A stretch of 64,000 nt of DNA from Catajapyx aquilonaris (taxonomy: Eukaryota), in NCBI GenBank assembly GCA_000934665.2, contig JYFJ02001604.1:1-64000 (forward strand). Reading direction: 5' to 3'. The stretch's first letter is position 1, and each line of letters begins with the position of its first letter. This document shows, in pieces, positions 1 through 13,240 of the stretch. The notes below the pieces were generated by a model, which made no database searches, was not told where the DNA came from, and was given only the letters and a program-made list of their open reading frames with translations. Made by a program: the position numbers and the translations under genes.

Positions 1-152
1 TCGCTCCAAAAATCAAATTCCAATGGTGGTAACCCACCCCCCCCTAAGGAGTAGCATAACTCCCCCAGTGGAATAATGAAAAAAAAAATTACGGCCCCAT
101 GCATATAGTCATTTTATCAAGTGCATTCCTGACCTCACCTATAGTCAAATAA

Positions 153-722
153 CAGTAAAACTTATAAGTCGAATCTCCATGGGACAGGAGAAGTTAGAGA
201 AGTTTGCAATTTTTAAAGCACATAACTCTATAAGGAAGCCTTTATATCCAGCAACGAAAGGTGTTCAAAACTTTAAAAAATAACTGTCACTATCACACTT
301 AAAATGTTCCTCATTGTCTTGTTGTAAAGAAATCTCCGTTATGGACATTTGCCTACTCTTAGATTCAAGGATTCAATTGTCACAATCGAGTCAAACACTT
401 CTTTCCGTACGTCTGGTAGACGGAGATCAGGAAATTGAGCCTTTCTGTACATGTGGCCTACTCTCGACCCTTCGGCTGGGAAATGAGAACATTTTCCGTA
501 CTCGCCAACATGAACTTGGACTTAGGGAGACTGAAAATGCATTAATATCCCATCGTAAGGCCCTGCCTGCACTTCGAGTTATGGAGAACTTCGAGTTATA
601 GAAATTCGAGTTAGGGAAGTTTATTTCCTATTCTTTTACATTGTGACCAACCAAGCTCATCATTTTATTCGACTTATAGAGAACTTCGACTTAGGGAAGT
701 TCAACTTATAGACGTTTTACTG
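153..722. mobile_element. Tigger/pogo-like non-autonomous DNA transposon (MITE), copy 1
   Basis: TIRs CAGTAAAACTT(CT)ATAAGTCGAA ... TTCAACTTATAGACGTTTTACTG followed by TA; internal repeats of TTCGAGTTA(T/G); the element recurs in reverse orientation at 52459-53039. Confidence 0.8.
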
Positions 723-1612
723 TACAATCAAATGAAATTAAAACCCAATTCCGACCCGTGTAATTTACCAGTGAATGCCACGAGTTATTTAGTGTTCTCG
801 TATGTCTTCATGACCCACGATGGTTTCTGACAACCCTTAGGGTCTTCAGTTGGCTGTTATACTCTTCATCACACTTTCGGACCTTTCACCATCACTCTTT
901 CATCGTCTCTGTTTAGGCCATAGGAATTGGGTTCACCATTTATTTGAATCACTTCGATACGTCTCTTTCATTCCATGAACAAATTGATAATGGCACCTTG
1001 TTCCCATTTCATTCGAAGGCATTTTTCTCTTGTGAATCAGAAAGATCATAATAGAAACAAAAAGCTGGAAATAGAGCGTCCACGGCGTCAGTGGGGCTTG
1101 GGATTCACGTGGAATATTCCCAACTGTTAGCAGAGTGAGAGCAGGAGAAACGAAATGGAGCGAACCCGACCAATTTGCATGATGGGAAAAATGCCAAGCG
1201 GCATCGCCCAATGCGCGACGCGATATTGGAGCCTCTCCATCAACCTTTATGGTTTTGTTTGTTAGTTTTGTTAGTTTTCCTCCTCGCTACTGTTAACTCA
1301 GACCCGGATTTATCCTGTAGTCCCGCTCTACACCCCCACCCTCGTTTTTTCCCTGAAGACTTTTGTTTTGGTGGTACAAGTTGGAGAGGGGCAGTGCATG
1401 CTCAGTAATTTATGCAACCTAGTTTGCAAGTTTGCCATTTGGGAAATGAAAACATAATAGGCGATTCCTCATTATGTTTATGAAAATAATTCACCAGATA
1501 TTCGAATTTATTCTCATCGATTTTTCGTGTTGCATCAATTAGTACAGCAAAAAGGCGAACCACGAATAATTGTAAATTTATATTACGACACAAAAGTGAT
1601 TTATATAATATA

Positions 1613-1814
1613 CAGGGTGTTCCAAATTCGTGGGTCGTTTTTTATAACTGCTGATATCGCCTGATAGTAGTTATTTGTGTAGCTTGTTGTGCCCTTAACC
1701 AGGTGTTCCATTCTATAGCAACTGCTATAATTATTGACCCCCTGGGAGTCGAATATAGCAGTGAATGTGGCGATATCAGTTATTAAAAACGACCCACGAA
1801 TTTGGAACACCATG
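1613..1814. mobile_element. Tc1/mariner-type MITE family A (TIR CAGGGTGTTCCAAATTCGTGGGTCG)
   Basis: TA|CAGGGTGTTCCAAATTCGTGGGTCG ... CGACCCACGAATTTGGAACACCATG|TA; further copies at 7132, 18667 and 33686. Confidence 0.85.
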
Positions 1815-4800
1815 TATATTATACATTATGTAATGCGTATGTTGGCCAGTTGGTGTACAGTGAGTGAGGTTGCATATTCATTCCTCGCATGCCTGCCACG
1901 TTTACACGCCAATCGATTCCTGCAAATTAAACTTGTCGCACGGTTTGCTCGCCCAGTCACATCTGCACTGGCTCGCTTTTCTCTGCCCTGCCCCCTGCCC
2001 CTCCTCTTCCCCACTACTCCCTCTGCCCTGTATGTAGCTCGCATTGCCCCAATCTGCAATCCCATTCACCACTTTCCCACATTTCATACCGTTACACACT
2101 TAGCTATTTTCACAGCGAGGTCATTCAACCGAGCCAGAGTCTAATCAGTTTGTTTCAGCTGTGACCCACCTCCTAAGTGCCAATTTTCATGGATCTGTCC
2201 CTTTTCATTATGGCTTCACTATAGCAACCTCATCATAGTACAGTATATTGTCTCTTCATTGCCTTCTGATAAGTTCACCACCATGCACCTTGGACTTTAT
2301 TGTGGTTGCAATAATTATTACATGCATAATAATTACCCGATGAGACAGGACCATATACACGTCATACAACTTTCACGATCAAAGTTACTTCGGTTTATCG
2401 AACATTGTTGCGTGCTACCGAATCCCAGCGGAAACGTCTGTTCTATGAGTTAATTTTTTTAAATATTTGCCATACAACTTGAATGAAGATTACATAGTAT
2501 ATAACAGTATGTTGATGGCAAACCCTCAGGTATGGCAGTAAAGTTACTTGTGGACGTTCCAGTTAGCATACTTTTGTTTTTGAAAAACTGATAGGCACTA
2601 GTGTACGTAGTACGTAAGGGCGAAATTCAGTAAAATGTAATAAATATCATTTAAAATAGAAATCCTTGCGGCCTGCGCTTTGAATACAAAAGATAAAATA
2701 AATCATGTAAGAGGATCAACTTCCCATCTAAAGTACAGTATGGTCTGCATAGCAGTAGGGTAAGAAACTAATGAGTTTGTGGAGTAGTAATTTACTTATA
2801 GAAATTCTATAAGGCGACTTCCAGATATTTAGAGTGAAATAATAATGAACAGTGAAATTAATGTACATAATGCATTAATTAATAACGAATACTTTAATGT
2901 CCCAAGTACACCTACTATTCCCAAGTAATTACTCTCTTCCAAGATGAAATTAAGAATAATCAGTGTCTTGTTTCACAAGACACAAAAAGACGCGAAGTGA
3001 TTGGGGAATATCTTAAAAAAGAAATTTTATTAGTGCTTTGTTATTGTATCTTTTTCATTTTAAGAGCCATATGGGAATTGGCATTAATTTTGTATCTTCA
3101 GGAACCTGGAAAATCTGGGAATATTCAGCGAAATGGATAAGTATAGACTTCAAGGAGTATATTCGTTCTGGGCCTCTACTAAATATTTTACTAAACGTTA
3201 ATGGTCCAGAGTTTCTAAAACAAATTTTGCACTTTAAGCAACATTACTGAACAATGGAAAGGTAGATAATGCTTTTTTTCTTCTTCTTCCCAACAGTTAT
3301 GGGCACATAAAGCATTAATCAATGTACAAAACTTAAATGGATGACGGCTTGTTTCGCGAAGGAATATTGGTCGAAAATAAATGACGCAAAATATTTTTTA
3401 TCCGGCAAAAAAGGGAAGGGCGAGAGGAAATCTCTAGTTTTTTTTGAGGTTTAGGTATCAAGGAAGGTGAGAGACACCATCCATATCCATGGGCTTGACA
3501 ATAGACCCTCTCTGCAAAAGTCCCAAGTTGCAAAGTTGTGCCAGACAGGAATCCATCCTTTCTTCGCCTTTTCCCTTTCCCTCCTTCTCCTCCCCCTCCT
3601 CCCTGACTACCTCCCCTCCTTCCTCCACCCTACCTCTCCCCATCCAACTGCCTCGGAATGAATTTCCGCAGCAAAAGCCTTCCAGCAGATGCTGAGGTTC
3701 AACATGTGGCTTTCTCTCACGTTGGAAATCAATACGAGGAAAAGGAACCAACCCAGGATTTTCCCTTTTTTGTCCGGTGTGGAGGGGGGGGGGGAGTGGA
3801 GTAGAGGGGGTGAGGATAAGTGACACTTCCCCTGCCAATCAAAATCTTGCAAAACAACCACTCTCAGTTTCACTTGCGCTCTTAAGCAAGCTTTGTGTTC
3901 CCACCAGGACATGGTTACAAACGTAATTTCCGGTGGTATATATTCAATTAACATTGGATTGTTCTCCAGATAATTTTCCATACTGCTATCAAACGATTCA
4001 CTCCAGTCATTATGTAAGTAATAAGTTACATAAAATATACTCCTTCTAGTTACTTAAAGTCTTGACTTGCAAATCGAACAGTTTCACAAAGATAAAGCAT
4101 TTTTAAAACAGGCTTTGTTCAATATTATTGACTGTTTAATATTTACAATATACATGATTTACATTGTGCATATACATTTATTTATTCAGGAAATTTTCAG
4201 GAGTCAAGGGTGCACAGCAGAGCTGGGTGCCCATTTTTTAAAACCCATTGCATGTGTTACTTCCCTCATGCAGCAAAACTGCTGAATGACCTATATTTAG
4301 CAAACACTTTTACAACATACCTCAACATAATATTTGCATACAGTAACGAATGTGCATTTTTCTTCTGTCTCTCCTCCCTTAAAAATTTCGCCGAGTTGAA
4401 ATTTGGACAGAAAACTCCCTAAGTTTCTTCCCCGAGCCCATCCATCACGCTTCCGGCTCCTGTGGGCCCAACTCGGGCCATGCAACGACCGGAAAAATAT
4501 ATATGAAAAAAGGGGAGGGGAAGGGGGAGGGGGTGCGTGGCGTCGGAGAATTGTGATCAAGGAGCGTCGGAGTCGTAAAAGTGCCGACGACCACTCGTTT
4601 CACTTCCAAAAACGGGGGGTCGTCATCGTTCCTGGAAAGTCTGGAGGCCAAGCGTCCGAAAACCCAGTCTCTTTTGCAACCCCAACCGCTACCCCATTTT
4701 TCTTTATTTTGATGACAACGCGTCTGCATGAGGTGCGGTAGTCGAATAAAAACGGAAGAGGGAGCAATAGGGATGCTGCTGTATTCTGAAGGTCTGCCGT

Positions 4801-6184
4801 CAACGATGAATATGGTATGAAAGCACGTGACAAACAAAGCAAAGAGTTCAGTCCATGAACACAGAGACGCGGAGATCCAACTCGGGACCTCAGAGATGGA
4901 AAGGCTGTGGCCTTAACCACTCTGCCGTCGTGCAGCCTAAGCTAACATCAATATACCGGAATTCCGTGGGAATCCCGGAGAATCCAAAAAAGCAGGTAGA
5001 GACTCCAGATATGTTTTTCTAAGGATTTCCCGTTATGAAGTGATCATATACCAAGGCAAGCTATTGTTTCCCAATTGAGCTATGAATTCTAATGTATAGT
5101 GTTAGCTACGTCATCAAGCATTCGTTGCAATCTATATCTATATTTTAGGAAGTGTGTTTGTGGATTTGTTCGCTATATAAATCCAGGGGAATGCACATGT
5201 CTCGCAAAGCACCCAGATTTCCTGCTTTCCTGCTTTCCTGCCTTCCTGCTTTCCTCGAGACGAGGAAAAAAGGCCCAAATAGAGCGCCCATACCAGGTTG
5301 TCGGCAAGTGCAGGTTCAAAGACTTTCCAGTCTCTTGTTGAAGCGTCTCTAGTCCTGAGAAGCGCTGTAGCGGCTATATCACGCACTACCATCGACGGCA
5401 GCCAACTGAACGCAATAAGAGTGGGAATGACCAGACATGTACGAGTATATTCTAACAGTAAGATCGTGGTATATCCTTAGGGCTGCAACTGCATCTCAGA
5501 GTGCTATAATCGTTATTGGGTTTATACGGATATTATAATTATTAGTTAATTCAGAATATGAACTTGCAAATTGTGGAAATTTATGGCGGTAAATATTAAA
5601 TGCAATACAAAATGAAAGAGGCTGATTACAATATTATTCGTAAACACCTTGGCACGATTTACGACACAGCTTAATAATTAAATGGTCTGATTTACATAAC
5701 CATAGACACCGGGTTGCAAATCAGGCCAAATGCAGAAGGTTCATTTAAAAATTGAGCAGGAATAGGCCTACTTCCACCATGGGTTTTAAAATTATTCGAT
5801 TACCATGGTGGAGAGGAAGGTTTGATCTTAGGCATGTTCTTATACTTCCCTCCTGTTTCTCGTCATCATCAAATCTGGTACGAGGGAATACTTGTACTTG
5901 AGGCCACCCCAACTACTGTATGAGTAGCAGCTATACTTCTTTAAAAACAACGTAGAAGCACGATGAGGCTCTCGAATGCCTCATTATAATGGGATATCAT
6001 TGATCTGTGGGCCTATTACAGCAATCTAATGATGTGAAATGAAGGGAAAACCTGCATGTAAATCAGAAAATCCGCTTATTTAGAATAGAGATATTATATA
6101 GTGACTCAACGCTATAGTCGTTTTAACAATATGCTAATTCCATGCGTGACTTACACGACATGATACATAGTTCATACCAATATT

Positions 6185-6870
6185 GGGTGTTCGAAAAAGG
6201 TGTTTCCCGTAAAGAACCAATACAGTTCCGGAAGTATTCCATATATTTTATTCAAATTTGCCGGAAAGGTGGCACATATGATCAAGTTTTTGTGCAAAAA
6301 GTCACACCTCCACATGTCCACCCTGGCGTCGAAGACACAGTTTAAACCGTTCTTCAGCCGCTCGCCAGGTGTTAGACAGCATTTCAGGAGTGATGGTGAT
6401 GGAACTCACCTCCACAATCTTCTGCTTCAGCTCAGCTACACTCCAGGTCCTGCACCATGTCATCCTGCAGCAGGATGGAGCGCCACCTGATCGGGCCATC
6501 CCGGTACGTGAATTCCTTAATTTGTCATTCAACGACAACTGGTGCGGCAGAGAAGGACCCATTCCGTGGCCGCCAAATTCTCCAGACAAGACTCATCGAG
6601 ACTTTTTTTTTTTTGCGTGGGGCTACATCAAGGACAGAGTCTATGCTTCAAAGTGCTGGAGCATAAGATTGAGAAGGTGAGTTCCACCATCACTCATGAA
6701 ATGCTCTCTAACACCTGGCGAGAGGCTAAAGACACCAGGGTGGACATGTGGAGGTGTGACTTTTTGTACAAAAACTTGATCATATGTGCCACCTTCCCGT
6801 CAAATTTGAATCAAATATATGGAATACTTCAGGAACTGTATTGGTTCTTTACTGGGAACACCTTTTTCGA
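6185..6870. mobile_element. Tc1/mariner deletion derivative with long inverted arms and transposase remnant
   Basis: Approx. 6190-6420 is inverted at approx. 6670-6870; the internal + strand reads QQDGAPP and WPPNSPD, Tc1/mariner catalytic-domain motifs. The right end stops at an N. Confidence 0.75.
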
Positions 6871-7131
6871 NGGGGGAACTGTCGCTTTCCATTCAGTCGT
6901 CGTTCAACTCGCGGGGGTCGGACCACGTGGTATGTCGACAGTTTCGGCAAATATTTCCGTGGATACCAATACCACACATGTGCGATGCGTATTTTCGTTA
7001 TGATGGGCTTCGTTCCGGCAATAAAGTCGAGATTCGCAAATCTTGAGAATGCAACATAGCGCGGTGTTGATTTCCACGATTCAGTTATTATTAAAAACTA
7101 ACCAACTAACTTGGATCACTGTATATGCATA

Positions 7132-8177
7132 CATGGTGTTCCAGGTTCGTGATTCGTTTTAAGCTATCACTAATATCGCCCGAAGTAGTTATTTTAGGGT
7201 AGCTAACGTAGCTTGTTACACCACAAACTTTTGCGGAGAGGTGATGACAGGTATCCGGCCAATGCGAGATGGTCCCTCGTCAGGCATTGGAAACAACAGC
7301 TATTTAAATAACAGTTACTACAAAATAACTGTTATTTTTACTCTCCGACGAGGGACCATCTCTGATTGGCCGATAGCTGTAACGATCACCTCTCCCCAGA
7401 AGTTTGTCATATCTGGAAGTAAAGGACCTGTTCAAGGTTATCCTGACTAAGCAAAGCAACCCGCATGGCACAATGATTCGTTTCTTTAGATTGGAGCAGA
7501 TCACTGAAACTGGCAATGCAGGGCAGTTGGATCAAAATGGCTGCTGTCCAGCCACTCTAATATATTGTCATTCAAAGGAAGAATGCTTCTAACAGGTGAC
7601 CTTCAACGCGTTCAACAGATTGGAGCAAGGGTTCGGCCTTGCTTTGCCAACGAAGGCCATTTTGAATCCCTCTTTCTCTCTCTTCTCTCTCTTATCGGGG
7701 GATTGGAGGAGAGAGAAAGAGAAGAGAGGGAGAGATACGACGCGATTGGAGATACGCGGCATATCAAAATGGGGGTTGCATTTCGCATGTTTGACACTCG
7801 CGTCAGGCATTTGTCCAACACTATTATTCTTACAACATTTTTACGGTGTAAAAACCACATAAATTGTCGTTGACGCAACTGTCATTATGATATGATGCGA
7901 TTGCCCCATGTGGCAACATATTTTGAATACTACCAAGGTTGCCAGATAGCACCACCTACCACATCAAAGATACAGTGAGTGGCGAACACAGCGGGGTATA
8001 GCGTAAAACTAGGTGCATAGAATATACATTACAATATGAGCCTAATTTTTGTCATTTGGGTTGTGGGGCTACTCAGGGTAACCTTGAACAGGTCCTTTGG
8101 GGCAACAAGCTACAAAAATAACTACTTCGCGCGATATTAGTTATAAATAAAACGACCCACGAACTTGGAACACCCTG
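7132..8177. mobile_element. MITE family A copy interrupted by nested MITEs
   Basis: Family A left end CATGGTGTTCCAGGTTCGTG and right end CCACGAACTTGGAACACCCTG; contains a palindromic insert (~7225-7405) and the family B element below. Confidence 0.7.
7424..8095. mobile_element. Non-autonomous DNA transposon family B (TIR GGACCTGTTCAAGGTTAYCCTGA)
   Basis: Terminal inverted repeats; homologous copy in opposite orientation at 19705-20392. TSD unclear, superfamily unassigned. Confidence 0.75.
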
Positions 8178-8550
8178 TGTTGGTGAAGTCAGCAATCGAT
8201 CTTTTACATCCTGCACCGTGGGATCACACATCTTCCGCCTCTACGGACATGTATGCCTAAAATCACACGCACAGCACGAGGAATAAACCTAGATCACGAC
8301 CCCGCGGCCCTGCTCCATACTCATACTCATCAACGTCGCATTGTTCATCATCGCCTTCTCCTTCACTTGTTTACACCGGGAGGCATGTTGTGCGCAGGCG
8401 CCAACTGTCAATGGTATACAGCTCTGGTTCGTAAAAAAGCGGCTAATAGAACGACGAAAATTCCACTTTAAACAGTACCGCTAAAAGTGCCTACCATGGT
8501 TATAGAAGACTCAGGTTAGGTCACTCCCCACCTGATACCAACCTTATATA

Positions 8551-8638
8551 GGTACCAAAGTGAAGAGCTACATGCTGGCCCAACATGGCCGCCGGCGGCC
8601 ATGTTGGGCCCCCCAATGTAGTCCTCCCCTTTCGTACC
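8551..8638. mobile_element. Short palindromic MITE
   Basis: GGTAC...GTACC termini flanked by TATA on both sides; loopless central palindrome GGCCCAACATGGCCGCCGGCGGCCATGTTGGGCC. Confidence 0.6.
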
Positions 8639-8869
8639 TATAAAGTTCAGCCTAGTCCGGTAGGGTCGCCACATAATTGCTCTGGGAAATGTCTCATGGC
8701 GCTCTCAGGTGAGCACCCGCTGCAAAACCCCTCGGCAGGCGATAAGCCCAGAATGTAGTATAAGTGTCCGGGGGCTGGTGCCTACGCAGTTACTAACATA
8801 CTAATCAGTTCTGAACAGGCACTACTAGCGAAAAGACGAAAATTCGACCCAATGTTTGTGAGAAGAGGG

Positions 8870-9715
8870 GTATGAGGATTAACGTAGATAAGACTAAGGT
8901 ATTGGTATTTGAGAGAGGACAGCAGGTTTCTCCTTGCATGTTGCAGGTACGAGGAAAACTGGTTGAGCAGGTCAACCAGTTTGTATACCTGGGTAGTGTC
9001 CTTGAGAGTAATGGTAGAATGGATGGGGAGATAGACAAGAGAGTTAGTTCTGGGTTGAAAGTGATAGGTGCCACAAGTAAGTTTTCTAGGAATAAGAACT
9101 TATCTCCTGCCTGTAGGTTGTCTGTCTAGATTCTCACGTTATTGTTCTTTCGCTTACGTACATGATAGTGAAGCGTGGGTTTGGTCAGATAGGCATAAGA
9201 GTAGGTGTTGGCTACAGAGATGCGTTATCTCCGGGCTGTTTGTGGGGTTACTGATGTAATGTTAAGGATACTGTTAAAGTTTGGCCATGTGGAGAGGATG
9301 AAGGAGGAGGAGATTGTGAAGAAGGTTTATTTGGGTGGAGTAGTTGGTAAGAGGGGTAAGGGGAGGCCTAGGAAGACATGGTTGGACCAGGTGGGTCAGT
9401 GTCTTAAGGGTGTTGCTAGTGTTAAGCCTAGACGCGTTCAGATGTCAATAGGACCATGGACGTGGCTGAGGCTAAGGTTGTTTGTTTAGAGAGGTGTTTA
9501 GACAGATGTAAATGGCGCAGGTTGATTAATGAGTAATAGAGGAGAAGGAGGGAGGTACACAGGGAGGGTGTGGTACGGGTAGTTTATAGTTTTATTTTGA
9601 CAAGATTTAATTATTTAGTTCATATGTGGGGTTAACTTGCGCCTCCCTTCATAGCTGACTACCCCTTATTGGGAAATGTGGTTACGTTGTTGTCGTTGTT
9701 TTTGTTGTTGTTTCT
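8870..9715 (+). mobile_element. Degenerate RTE-clade non-LTR retrotransposon (end of RT, C-terminus, 3' tail)
   Basis: Translation MRINVDKTKVLV...VEQVNQFVYLGSVL...FGHVERM...GKRGKGRPRKTW is typical of the RTE ORF C-terminus; stops and frameshifts present; ends in a (GTT)n-like tail. Confidence 0.85.
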
Positions 9716-11207
9716 TGTTCAAGAACGATAATTTTGTTAAAATATCAATATTATTAAATATTATTGCCAGGAGTTTGTAAGCCAGAAGAATGCCCTTCGG
9801 ATGCATTAGGATTAATATCAACGTCCAGAACAAACGTTGACTCTAGAAACTGCCAGGTGATGACATCCCTTGATGCCATGGAATCACAGTTATTTCAAAT
9901 CATTTGAGTTATTATGTGCCATAGAAAAGTGAGCCAGGTGTGTGGGTGCTAAATGTGCTACATGACTCAATTTAATACTCCTTAATTTTTAACCCGCTAG
10001 GAGACGTACCTCTTGCACAGCAATCTGTAGTTAAATGAAGGTGTCATGGAGAAGCAGTGTTGCCAAATAACGGAGTAAAAATCAATTTGTTTCACTGCAA
10101 ATTTTAAACAACATCCTGATCCAGGAGAATAACATGAAAACTCGGGACACAATTTGCAGTGATGCACCAAGTCAAGGTCATGTCAAATGATTAAATTGTG
10201 TTAAAATGTTGTTTTATACCTTCAAGTATGTACATTTAATTAGCTATAGTATTGGAACTTGTCTAATGTAATGATAAAATTGTCAGAAAATATACCTTGC
10301 TTTATAGTACGGCTTGTTAGTTGGGAAAAAAAGAAGTTACAGTCCCTTCCGGAAGAAAGCATGAAACTTGGCATGCACTTAGCTTTCATGTGTACGCTTC
10401 AATTTGGATGTGGGAACACGTCGAGAAATCATTGTTTCCCGCCAAATTTTTCGAAATTCAAAATGGCGGCTATAACAAGCGTAACTTTGCTGCAGACATA
10501 ATCAGTTGACACTGCGAGGTAATATAGGTGTCCACATATATGTTTTAGAGTACTAGAAATCCATTTCAATTATCAGATTTGGCGTAAAATTACAAAATGG
10601 ATGCCGAAAACCAAGATGGCGGCCGAAAATTCCAGAATTTGCTGCTAAAGTACAACAAAATTTGTTTAGCAGCGAATGTGGGAAATTTTGGTGATCATGT
10701 GTAATTTATTATTATTACTAGCAGTGGAACCCGTTCTTCGCACGGCCTGTTTCTATGGTAATCACCAACAAATGTCTCTTGCCATTGGCAAACGAAAATA
10801 TATATATTTTTGCCTTACATACGTAGATTATCAAAATATGTTATTTATTTATTAATTTATAGCAGCAAGCCGGTGTGTAGTGTCCGGTACATAGGTTGAA
10901 CATCATGTCAGTCAACGTACACAGAAGTGATCGAAAGCGGAGGGATAATTGGACAGTGTTATGCAATAATGGGTCAACCCACAAAAATGTCAAAATAATT
11001 GAGTTATGCCCAGGAACATACACCCAAAGGATAGCACTGGTAGGCTACTTCATTCAGTTAAAATCAAGGTGGCGAAATCTGCATACTTCTGTCACAAATG
11101 ACCGAAAAGGTAACTCACGAATGGTGTGCATGGACGGTGTTATGCAATGATTTGTCAACACACAAAAATGTCAAAATTGAGCCAAGCCCAGGAACATATA
11201 CCTAAAG

Positions 11208-11429
11208 CAGAGAGGTTCTTAACCTTTTCGGGCCTCCGCACCCCTTTGCAGACAATATATTGGTCCTTGTCGCACCCCCTATACCAGGGGTGATTGATTA
11301 CGTTCATAGTTAGACCAGTTATTAGCTCTTGGTTAGATTAAGTCCAGAGGTGCACCTTGCTCGCACCCCCAGGGAAGCCACCTATCGCACCCCCTGGAGG
11401 TGCGCGGGCACCCCAGGCTAAGAACCCTG
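11208..11429. mobile_element. hAT (Buster/Charlie-like) MITE
   Basis: CAG...GTTCTTAACC / GGCTAAGAACCCTG termini; 8-bp TSD ACCTAAAG / ACCTGAAG with central TA; subterminal CGCACCCC repeats. Confidence 0.8.
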
Positions 11430-11615
11430 ACCTGAAGGATCCTACTTCATTCAGTTAAAATCACGTTGGCGAAATCTGCATAGCTACTTCTGCCACAAAT
11501 GACCGAAAAGAACACTGAATTAATTTCACGGGTATGACCTGCAAAGCCCTTTTTCTCAAAACTCTTCTCATGTTGGTTGACGCATTATTGCATAACACCG
11601 TCCAATTATCAAATA

Positions 11616-12152
11616 CAGTAGGTACCTGTTTTACACCGCTCCATTTTACGCCGTTTTACATTAACGCCGGTTTGAAAATGACATTATACAATTTTTAAAT
11701 TGAAAAATAATTGTGACAAATATGACGATAACAACACAATCTGAACATAAGCACAACACTTCAACACTTTTGAGTCCAAATGCACCACCATAAAATAAAG
11801 TTATTTTTTTGTCTTTCGTGGTGCCTTGTGGCGGGTTCTATCGATAAATACAGTACTGTATTGTTGGTCTCATTGTAACCCATCGAAGTCTGTTAAAAAC
11901 CCTACGTCTACAGCAGTTCTTGCCAAAAGGAGGGAAAAGAGTCCTCAGAACCAGATGACCCTTAACCTGCAACCTCCCATTAAAACGCGCATTATAAATG
12001 TTTGATATAGTCGGAATTAAAAACTGCAATTTAAATCTTGGAATCTACCATATCTCATTTACTTCCATTATAATTTTGCCTCGTTTCCCCCCTTTTCATT
12101 TTACGCCGCGTTTTGCGGAAGCCAATTACCGGCGTAAAGCGGGTACTACGTG
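11616..12152. mobile_element. Tigger/pogo-like MITE
   Basis: TA|CAGTAGGTACCTGTTTTACACCG ... CGGCGTAAAGCGGGTACTACGTG|TA; repeated TTTTACGCC motifs. Confidence 0.65.
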
Positions 12153-12495
12153 TACCCTTATATGGGAAGCCTTGGGTGACTAGTAGCCTATAAGTGCGTT
12201 TTTCATACCTTGGAGTGGGCTACCAATGCACCGAATATCAAGAGAATCGGTGAGGTTTGAATTTGACCTCTGCCCCCCTCCAATATGGGTCACGGGGTCA
12301 TTTTGATTAGGTCACTATAGATGCGTTTTTCATGCCTTGGGGTGGGCTACCAATGCACCTAATTTCAAGAAAATCGGTGAGGTTGGAATTTCACGAGTTG
12401 AAAAATGTCCCAAGATGTCAGGGCAAATCTCAGGACATCATATGATGTCCATAGTCGCCAAAGGTTAATTTAGTGGCGTAGAAATATACACTTTG

Positions 12496-12814
12496 CAGGG
12501 TGTCTACAAATGATTGCAGCGGTTTCAAAAAATCACTGCGAGTTTTTTATTTAACATAGGGTATATCAAGAATTGCCATAGCAATCATTGTTGACCAACA
12601 ATGATTGCTATGGCAATTCTTGATATACCCGAGGTTCTAAGTTATACTGAGGTCGGTGCAACTGGCCCTAAGGGGGCACATATCGAGCACATGTAGGTGT
12701 CAAAGAAAACTTGGTGAGTTTCTCTATATATTTGTACAACAACTTCGATCCTATGTTAAATAAAAAACCCGCAGTGATTTTTTGAAACCGCTGCAATCAT
12801 TTGTAGACACCCTG
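12496..12814. mobile_element. Tc1/mariner-type MITE
   Basis: ~65-bp near-perfect TIR CAGGGTGTCTACAAATGATTGCAGCGGTTTCAAAAAATCACTGCG...; TA on the right flank; contains a 72-bp perfect hairpin (12559-12630). Confidence 0.8.
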
Positions 12815-13240
12815 TATAATTATGTATGATGTAATCCAGTTGTAACATTCCTGTCGCATTAAATATTTGTACTTCAAAGACTGTTTTGTGTTATTAATGT
12901 AAGGTGAAACCGTCGGCCATCTTGGTTTTCGGCATCCATTTTGTAATTGTATGCCAAATCTGATAATTGAAATGGATTCCTAGTACTCTAAAACATATAT
13001 GTGGACACCTATATAAATTACCTCGCAGTGTCAACTGATTATGTCTGCAGCAAAGTTACGCTTGTTATAGCCGCCATTTTGAATTTCGAAAAATTTGGCG
13101 GGAAACAATGATTTCTCGACGTGTTCCCACATCCAAATTGAAGCGTACACATGAAAGCTAAGTGCATGCCAAGTTTCATGCTTTCTTCCGGAAGGGACTG
13201 TAAATTTTGTAGTGGAGCTGTACTATTAAAATAAGATCCG

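Larger units (their letters stand above)
10717..12490 (+). mobile_element. Helitron/HINE-like element (boundaries approximate)
   Basis: 5' ACTAGCAGTGGAACCCGTTCTTCGCACGG resembles the ACTAG..ACCCG..CGG start also seen at 58696; internal tandem duplications (~10950-11110 vs ~11130-11510; 12185-12265 vs 12315-12395). Confidence 0.45.
10305..13225. mobile_element. Academ-like non-autonomous DNA transposon with long TIRs
   Basis: TAGTAC...GTACTA termini; 3-bp TSD TTA (10302-10304 / 13226-13228); near-identical inverted arms ~10337-10626 vs ~12913-13203. YR termini, long TIRs and a 3-bp TSD fit Academ. Confidence 0.75.
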
